From Verrucomicrobiales bacterium (GTDB lineage: Bacteria > Verrucomicrobiota > Verrucomicrobiia > Verrucomicrobiales > V1-33), in contig JANOAV010000173.1 in the NCBI GenBank assembly GCA_031411295.1, positions 1 through 19,817 on the forward strand: DNA of 19,817 nucleotides. Direction: 5' to 3'. Position 1 is the stretch's first letter. Each line of letters begins with the position of its first letter. The notes beneath the pieces were generated by a model. The model had not been told where the DNA came from. It did no database searches and worked only from the letters and a program-made list of their open reading frames with translations. Of the stretch, positions 10,180 to 17,600 are shown in pieces. The position numbers were made by a program, and so were the translations under genes.

Positions 10180-12030
10180 TTACGGAGCCGCCGTCCGTGT
10201 TAGAGTCGGCTCGCCCCAGGCACCCCAGGCTCCGTTCTTGCTCTTGGCGTTGATTTGCAGCTTCAGCACTTGCACGCCTTTGAGGGAAACGTTGAAGGAT
10301 TTACTGGTGCCGGATTTGATTGCGGCGGAGTTCCACACGGGTTTGTCATCGGCCAGGATGATGCCTTCCACGGTCCCGTAGCCTTTCTCCAAAAGGGTGC
10401 ACAGGCCTGTCAGCGTATCCCATTTGCCGTTGAGTTGATAGACGTAGGCGGAATCCGCGTGGGCATACAAACCATGAGCCAGCAACCCATCCGCCCCGAC
10501 CAATGGGTTCCCATCCGCCGTCCGATCGTAGTGCGCCCCGCCCCATCCCGTCTCTGCTGATACCGGTGCGGCATCCGAGAGGTTAAGCGAGGTCGTTGTG
10601 GCAGGCACGTCCGCCGGAGCAGGTTTACCTTTGACCGTATCCGGCAGGGCAAGGCGACGGAACGCCTCCTGCAGCTTGGGCGGCAGGCTGGCTAATTGCT
10701 CCTGAGTCAGTTTGTTGGCCCGAGCGGCGGCAACATGGGCTGCCAGCGCGAGTGATTCCTGCGCCTTGCTAACGTCGTAGCCCGAGTCCCCGGAAATCGT
10801 GCAGGGAAGGGTGAAGGCTTGGGCAGACCACACCCCAGCGCTGGCCGCACCGTTGACGCAGAGGGTCACGAAATGCAGCGTGGCTGGGCAATTTTTCTTT
10901 TGTGGTCGTGGGAGCACGAGCTGGAAACTTCCATCGGCGGAGGGCACGGCCGCTGCGATTTCGCTATCGTAATCCGCTCCGCCCTCAGGATCTGCATAGG
11001 CGATGACACCGTGCACTGGCAGATTCGCCTGCACCGTCGCCCGCACTTGCAGGCCATCGGCGGTCGCTTGCAATTGCCAGTCGGCGTAGGTAGATTTGAC
11101 CGCCGTCTCGATCTCCTTGATCGAGCCGGAGAACTGGGGGTGGGCGGCTAGTTTCAGCGCATGGGCCAGGGTGAGGAATGATCCCTTGCTCTCCCCGCGC
11201 AGTTCCTCGCCATAAGTGCGATTGCCACTACCCATGAGGGCGGTTCCCCGCACCGCCCGATGCGCGCGGGCTTCCTTGCAGTGTGGCAACCCGAGCGCGT
11301 GGCCCAGTTCATGACACACCCCACCGACGAAAATGCTGTTATATTTCCCCAGCGAAATATGGCCATACTGCCCATCGTCCAGCATCTGATCTTTCACGCC
11401 CAGTTGGGCGGAGTCCAGCAGTGGCGAATCCACCTGCCAGGCGGTGCCGCCCTTGCTGTCACCACTCGCGTAGTAGGGACTGTGGTGGCTCATCTTGCGA
11501 GTGGTCGGGTCCCATTCGGCCAGGTTACAGAAGATCACCATCGTTTCCTTATTGCCGTCGATCCCAGCCTCCTTGAGCACCCGCAGGGCATCCCGCCGAA
11601 TCGCCTGGCCGTCCGAGCCATCGGCTTCACTGCATTCATCATTCTTCAGCGTGCCTTTGGCTTGGTAAATTTTCATCAACCCATCCGCCTCCAAGTCCAG
11701 CTGAATCGAGCGCCCTGGGAATCCCCAACTCGCCATCTCCCGGCCATAGAATCCCTGAATGTGCTGCAGCACCCGGGTCAACCGCGGACGGAACTCCGGC
11801 TGGGGATCACGATCCGCCGGGCTCCAATACACGATGCGCATCAGGCGCTTTGCCTTGGCCGGAGTCTCGTTTTCCCAAGTCGTTAATAATGCCCGGGATC
11901 GGGCCAGATCGGCCGCCGTAGGCTCTCCGTTCAACAACATTTTGGCCGGCACCTCAGGCGCGGAGTCAGCATGAGCCAGGTAGGCCACGAGGCCACTGAG
12001 CAGGAAAAGAGGCAGGAGGAGAAATTTCAT
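10180..12030 (-). CDS. Secreted metzincin-type zinc metallopeptidase with a C-terminal NPCBM/NEW2-like carbohydrate-binding domain
   Basis: HELGHALGLPH (HExxHxxGxxH, 11281-11313) followed by Met-turn-like ALMG. C-terminus 'LSDAAP....GWG...GLYAHADS...YQLNGKW.TL.G...VSLKGVQVLKL...WGEPTL' fits NPCBM. ATG at 12030 gives signal peptide MKFLLLPLFLLSGLVAYLAHA. Confidence 0.85.
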   Translation of the reverse strand: MKFLLLPLFLLSGLVAYLAHADSAPEVPAKMLLNGEPTAADLARSRALLTTWENETPAKAKRLMRIVYWSPADRDPQPEFRPRLTRVLQHIQGFYGREMASWGFPGRSIQLDLEADGLMKIYQAKGTLKNDECSEADGSDGQAIRRDALRVLKEAGIDGNKETMVIFCNLAEWDPTTRKMSHHSPYYASGDSKGGTAWQVDSPLLDSAQLGVKDQMLDDGQYGHISLGKYNSIFVGGVCHELGHALGLPHCKEARAHRAVRGTALMGSGNRTYGEELRGESKGSFLTLAHALKLAAHPQFSGSIKEIETAVKSTYADWQLQATADGLQVRATVQANLPVHGVIAYADPEGGADYDSEIAAAVPSADGSFQLVLPRPQKKNCPATLHFVTLCVNGAASAGVWSAQAFTLPCTISGDSGYDVSKAQESLALAAHVAAARANKLTQEQLASLPPKLQEAFRRLALPDTVKGKPAPADVPATTTSLNLSDAAPVSAETGWGGAHYDRTADGNPLVGADGLLAHGLYAHADSAYVYQLNGKWDTLTGLCTLLEKGYGTVEGIILADDKPVWNSAAIKSGTSKSFNVSLKGVQVLKLQINAKSKNGAWGAWGEPTLTRTAAP

Positions 12031-12229
12031 GGGGAAAATAGGTCCGGCCATCTAAAGCAGGACTGCGCGGACTCAAGTTCGGATTTGGACTGCGGTGATA
12101 AGGAAACGTGACGGGAAACCCTGCCCCAACCAGACTTTGCACCTTGCATCCTGCAAAAATTTCCCCTAATTGGTCGCCCGACCACCTTTGTCCTCCTATT
12201 TCCCCCCTTTTTTCTTCCTCTGACCAGCC

Positions 12230-14365
12230 ATGCCCACTCCGCCCCAGGATTCCGATGACCAACTCTCGCTAAACCTTGACGGCTCCGAAGCCTCCGCAGA
12301 GGAGACTGCGGCTCAAGAGACGGATGCGACCGCTGAGCCCCCTCCCGCCGAGACCGATGCCGCCACGATTGAGCCGGAAGTGCATCATCCTTTTGTTCCC
12401 ATGGCGGCCTCTGGGGCCACGCCAAGAAGGCTCAACCACGTGGGGGAAATGTATGGCAACTGGTTCATGGATTACGCCAGTTACGTCATTCTGGAGCGGG
12501 CCGTGCCGCACATTAACGATGGTCTGAAGCCCGTGCAGCGACGGATTCTCCACGTTATGAAATTGATGGATGACGGTCGTTTCGACAAAGTGGCCAACAT
12601 TGCCGGGCAGGCGTCCGGCTACCATCCGCACGGGGAAATGGCCATCGTGGATGCCATCGTGGGCTTGGGACAGAAGCAGCTCGTGATCGATACCCAGGGG
12701 AACTGGGGGAATATTTTCACAGGCGATAACGCCGCCGCGCAACGTTACATCGAAGCCCGGCTTTCTAAGTTCAGCCAGGATGTGCTCTTCAATCCCAAGA
12801 TCACCGAATGGCAGCTCAGCTATGATGGCCGGAAGAAGGAGCCCGTCACCCTGCCGGTGAAATTTCCGCTCGTGCTGGCCCACGGCGTGGAAGGCATTGC
12901 GGTCGGCCTGGCCTGTAAAATTCTGCCGCACAACTTCGTGGAATTGATCGATGGCGTCATCGAATGCTTGAAGGGCAAGAAGCCCGTGCTGCTCCCAGAC
13001 TTCCCCACTGGCGGCATGATGGATGCCTCCGAATACAACGACGGTGCCCGCGGCGGCAAAGTGCGCGTGCGCGCCCGCATTGAGGAAACCAGCAAGAAAA
13101 ATATCCTCAGCATTAAGGCGCTGCCCTTCGGCGTGACCACCAGCAGTCTCTGCGATTCCATTTTGGCCGCCAACGAGAAGGGGAAAATCAAGATTGCCCG
13201 CATCGAGGATCTCACCGCCGAACACGTGGAAATCCTCGTTCACTTGCCACCCGGCACCGAAGCCGCCGACATCGTGAATGCACTCTACGTCTTCACCAGT
13301 TGTGAGGTTAGCATTTCCGTCAACGCCTGTGTCATCTCGGAGGAGAAACCAATTTTCACCAACGTCACCTACCTGTTGCAATATGCGGCGGACCACACCA
13401 AGGACATCCTCAAGCGGGAGTTGGAAATCACGTTAAGTGAACTGGAAGAGAAATGGCATTTCAGCAGCTTGGAGAAGATCTTTATCGAGAAACGCATCTA
13501 TCGGGACATCGAAGAATGCACCACTTGGGATGCCGTCATGGCCGCCATCTGGAAGGGCCTGAAGCCTTACCTGAAGAACTTGCGTCGCGAAGTGAACGAC
13601 GATGACGTCACCCGACTAACCGAAATTCGCATCAAACGCATTTCCAAGTTCAACAGCTTCGAGGCCGATGAACATCTCAAGGATTTGGAATTCGAGATTG
13701 GTCAAACCAAGGAGCATTTGGAGAACCTGACGAAATACACCATCGCTTATTTCAAGGAGCTGAAGACCAAGTATGGCAAGAACCGGGGCCGCAAGACGGA
13801 GATCACCTCCTTCACCCGCGTAGCCGCCGCCGAAGCCGCCGTGGCCACGGAAATGCTGTATGTGGACTGGAAGGAAGGCTTCATCGGCTACGGCATGAAA
13901 CGCACCGGTGAACCATTCGTGAAATGTTCCCGCCTGGACGACATCATTGTCTTCCTCGACGACGGCAGCGTAAAAGTCAGCAAAGTAACGGAGAAAGCCT
14001 TCTTCGGCACCCCCATGCACGTGGCCCTGTTCAACAAAGACCAACAGCCCGTTTACACGCTCGTCTATCGGGATGGCAAACAAGGCCGCGTCTATGTGAA
14101 GCGATTCCAGATCGGAGGCGTCACGCGGGACACCGCCTATGATCTAACCAAGGGAACTAAAGGCAGCAAAGTGCTCTACTTCGCGATGCACGACACCGAA
14201 GAAGCCAGTGCCGCCCAGGAACTAACAGTCTTCCTGAACCCCGCCCCACGGCTCAAGAGCCTGGAACTCCCCCTGAAATTGGCCGACGTAGCCACCAAAG
14301 GCCGCAGCGCCATCGGCCTCACCGTCACAGATCACAGCGTAAAACGCGTGAGCAAGGCAAAGTAG
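12230..14365 (+). CDS. parC: DNA topoisomerase IV subunit A (type IIA, short ParC type)
   Basis: YASYVILERAVP..NDGLKPVQRRIL, YHPHG, QGNWG, catalytic AAQRYIEARL, PDFPTGG. 711 aa with a short C-terminal domain and no canonical GyrA-box (QRRGGKG), favouring ParC over GyrA. Confidence 0.88.
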   Translation: MPTPPQDSDDQLSLNLDGSEASAEETAAQETDATAEPPPAETDAATIEPEVHHPFVPMAASGATPRRLNHVGEMYGNWFMDYASYVILERAVPHINDGLKPVQRRILHVMKLMDDGRFDKVANIAGQASGYHPHGEMAIVDAIVGLGQKQLVIDTQGNWGNIFTGDNAAAQRYIEARLSKFSQDVLFNPKITEWQLSYDGRKKEPVTLPVKFPLVLAHGVEGIAVGLACKILPHNFVELIDGVIECLKGKKPVLLPDFPTGGMMDASEYNDGARGGKVRVRARIEETSKKNILSIKALPFGVTTSSLCDSILAANEKGKIKIARIEDLTAEHVEILVHLPPGTEAADIVNALYVFTSCEVSISVNACVISEEKPIFTNVTYLLQYAADHTKDILKRELEITLSELEEKWHFSSLEKIFIEKRIYRDIEECTTWDAVMAAIWKGLKPYLKNLRREVNDDDVTRLTEIRIKRISKFNSFEADEHLKDLEFEIGQTKEHLENLTKYTIAYFKELKTKYGKNRGRKTEITSFTRVAAAEAAVATEMLYVDWKEGFIGYGMKRTGEPFVKCSRLDDIIVFLDDGSVKVSKVTEKAFFGTPMHVALFNKDQQPVYTLVYRDGKQGRVYVKRFQIGGVTRDTAYDLTKGTKGSKVLYFAMHDTEEASAAQELTVFLNPAPRLKSLELPLKLADVATKGRSAIGLTVTDHSVKRVSKAK

Positions 14366-14392
14366 TGAACAGGCAGCGGCAGCGGTCGACTC

Positions 14393-14600
14393 TCCGGATA
14401 GTAGCCGTCATCGCTCCGCGTGACGGCAGTCGTGGGTAGGCGGATGCGAGTTCGGAGCAGACCCGGCTAGCGCGGCCGGGCGTGGGAACTACCCGGGTGT
14501 TGGGCTGTCAGGGGTGGGCGCGTTGGGTGATTCGGGGGCGTGTTGGGGTGGGGGGAATCGTGCTGGTCATCACGCGGAGCGATGATGACCACTTTCCGGA
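14393..14600. repeat. REPIN-like inverted REP doublet between convergent genes
   Basis: Left TCCGGATA-GTAGCCGTCATCGCTCCGCGTGACGGC (14393-14427); right, read on the minus strand, TCCGGAAA-GTGGTCATCATCGCTCCGCGTGATGACC (14600-14565); about 135 nt G-rich spacer. Confidence 0.85.
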
Positions 14601-14619
14601 CAGGCTTGCCAAGCCTAAT

Positions 14620-17600
14620 TTACGGATAGGTCACCCGGACGTGCATGAAGGCCCGCTGGGTCATGGGCACGGGAAGGGTGGAGCGCCAGGTTTCCGTGAC
14701 CGTGCCATCGAGGTTGGGCGTGCTGCTGACGCGGGTGCAGTCAGAGACGGCCTCGCTCCAGTTGTCGAGATTAGTGCTGTATTCGACGTGATAGGTGATG
14801 TCGTCAGCAGCAGGATTCTTGGTGAAAACAAGTTGCAGATAATTGTCCGGCACCCCAGCGACGGTGAACGTGGCCCAGCCGCCAGTGGGCAGTTTGGCGC
14901 TGTGGGTGTCGCTGGGCAGCGTTTGCAGGGCGTATTCCAGCAGATTGGAAACGCCGTCGCTATCGGGATCGCCCGTGTCTAACGAGACCCCATAGGTCGA
15001 TTTCCAGGTGAGATAGTTCGTGGTATCCACCGAGCCAGGGGAACCGTTGTTGGCACTGGCACTGGCGCGCCAGCTTTGGGGTAGAGTTTCGTTAGGATTG
15101 GTCTCCGGCTTGATGAGGACGAGGCTGTAGCCCTGGCCGTCCGTGCCGCCGGGCCAGGGAGCATTGTTATTGTAGGTGAAACTCTGGATGTCTGTCACGC
15201 CGTCGGCGGCAGTTAGGGTGATCTTTTCTCCGCCATTTCTCAGGTTGCTGTCCAGCTCGAAGACGCCGGCCACGACGGGCGTGTTGCCGTATCTCATGCG
15301 GAAGGCTAGCAAATTCTCGACCAATACCACTCGCTGGCCGGGAGCCAGCACTTGCACGGGACTGTTGTTGAAATGGAAGGTGATGCCGGCAGTGAACGCC
15401 ACGTTCTGCAGGTTCACGTTACTCGTGCCGATGTTCATGATTTCCATATACTCAAAATCGTTAGCATTGTTGAATCCAGCTGTTATTTCGGTGGGCGTGG
15501 GATTGCTGGGGTTGTAATTGAACTCGGAGATCACCAAATTTGCACTGGTGGCGGGCGTGGTATCCACGGCGTAAAACGCCTCCGTTAGCGCGGACCACAC
15601 CCCGGCATTCAAGATCCGGGATTTCACCGTGGTGGATTGCGTCAGGACGACTGGAGCGCTGTAAGTAAGAGCTCCCGCGGTCACGGCTCCACCGACGACG
15701 CGGGGATCGCTGCCGTCCATGGTATAGTAAGTGACGCCCGCTCCGCCTGCGTTAGGATTGTTGATTGTGAGCGCATAACCAGAACTCACGTTTCCGCCGT
15801 GTTGCACAAAATCCGGTGCCTCAGTGGTGGGGTATAAACCATACGTGGCCAGGCGGAATTGGCCCGTGGTGGGGGTCATGTAGAGATTCCAGCGATTCTG
15901 AATTAACGAAACGCCGCTGCCTTCGTTCACCGTGATGCGCTGCGTTTCCGTGAACCAATCGGTGCGCTTGTAGGGCACGTTGCCATTAGAGGAAGCCCGC
16001 GCATGGCCCCAGCGGGCGGATTCGCCACGGATGGCATCGTTGATTTCCAAGTCGCGAATATCGAACGCAGCTTTCATGGCCGCAACGGTTAGTTGACCGT
16101 TGTTGAACATGTGTTTCCGAATGTGGTCCGCCCAACGCAGCTTGTATTCCGCATTTACCCGCAGCTTGTTATGGATATCCTTGGGTTGCCCCACGCGCGG
16201 CACTTCGTTGCCACCACCAGCGATGAAATTTTCCGTGCCGGTGCGGAACACATGCTCTGCGTCCCAACTGCTGAAGCGCCATTTTCCGCCGGGCAGGCGG
16301 CTCTTGCAGCAGTAGATATTCTTGTCCGACCAATCCCAATTCCCGGCTACAAAGTTCAGCAACATGTAGTCGATAAAATGATCGATATCCAAGACCGCAG
16401 CCACCGCCTCATAGTTCGCTTGCTGCGTGAGATCCGGGGCGGGATTGGGCGCACTGTAGCCGGAGCCGATGAGGTCCAGGAAGTCCTCATAGTTCTTCAG
16501 CACGGTGCAGTTATAGTATTGGCTGGAGGAATTGAGGGCGGTAATCGTATTCGATCCCAGTGGCAGAGCAGGGTCCAAGGGCTGTGAATTTACGATCTGC
16601 GGGAATGCGCTGGCTGCGCCATCCACGCCAGCAGTGGCACTGTGCTTGAAGCCATCGTAGTCGGCACTACTACCGCCATAGTAGTCGGAGGCGTAGTGGT
16701 GGTCTGGCTTCTCATGCAGCCAATAGATCCCCCAATACATGCCATTTAAATAAAGGTGACACGCCCGCGTATGGAAGCCACCTGCGCCACTTAGCTTATT
16801 TTGCAAATCAGCCATCACATAGTCACGAGTGAAAGCGCTGCGAGTGCGTTGCGCAGCATCAGAGGGGTGCATCCAAGTGTTATTCATGGCGGAATCCAGC
16901 ACGAAATTGCTAAATTTATTAGCGCCTTCATCCCCATAAGGTCGGTAGCTGACATCGTTCAAGCACTGGAAGCGCATGGAGAGCTTAAGCGACTTCCATC
17001 GGGCCTGGCTGGTGCCGCCGAAGATGTGAATGTTGCCATCTGCTTGGAAGCCTTTCACCAAGTTAGGGGTGGTGGTTGATGCATTCGGATTGATTAACTC
17101 TAACGAGGCCGCCCGGTCCACCCCTTCCTGCGCCACTCCAGCTGCTGGTGGGTAGATGCCTTCCCCGGTATTCGGACCGAAGAGGTCCTTCCAACTGGCT
17201 ACCAAGGACAGCGTGGGCAGCACCATGAGGTCGCTTTGTTTGAATTGATTTGTGGTCACGGGATCGGTGGCGATGAGTTGATTCACCCCCCACTGCGTGA
17301 GTCCGGGAAATGCCGTCAGCACCATGGGAGTGGTGCCAGTGGTCCCCCAGTTCGTAACGGTATCGGCCGCAGAGCCGACTCCCATGCTCGGTGTAGGGCC
17401 GTTCTGCGTCATGACTTCCGCCGGGAAAAGGTAACTCTGTGTGTCCACGTTAGAGGATCCCATTCCCGTCTTCCAAGCGCGTGCGCGCAGCAAGGTGGTG
17501 GTGGAAATGGTGAGGTTAGCCACCGGTGGCGTGAGCCCATCCACGGCTGGCACCTGCGTGCCATTGGTGGGCGTGGGCGCACTGCCATTCGTGGTGTAGG

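Noticed and set aside
12144..12172. TTGCAT-17 nt-TAATTG as the parC sigma70 promoter
   Set aside because: The -10 lacks the conserved final T; it cannot be supported without transcription-start data.
12269..13396. 375-aa antisense ORF, and similar ones at 1627-2454, 11260-11886 and 17236-17973
   Set aside because: They lie opposite well-supported genes, show no motifs, and are typical shadow ORFs of GC-biased codon usage.
12230..14365. Calling the topoisomerase gyrA
   Set aside because: No canonical GyrA-box and a short C-terminal domain; ParC fits better.
14602..14616. Hairpin AGGCTTG-C-CAAGCCT after the CotH stop as an intrinsic terminator
   Set aside because: Short stem with no U-tract on the relevant strand; insufficient support.
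14482..14982. 166-aa plus-strand ORF
   Set aside because: It starts inside the REPIN spacer and runs antisense to the CotH gene, with no recognisable motifs.
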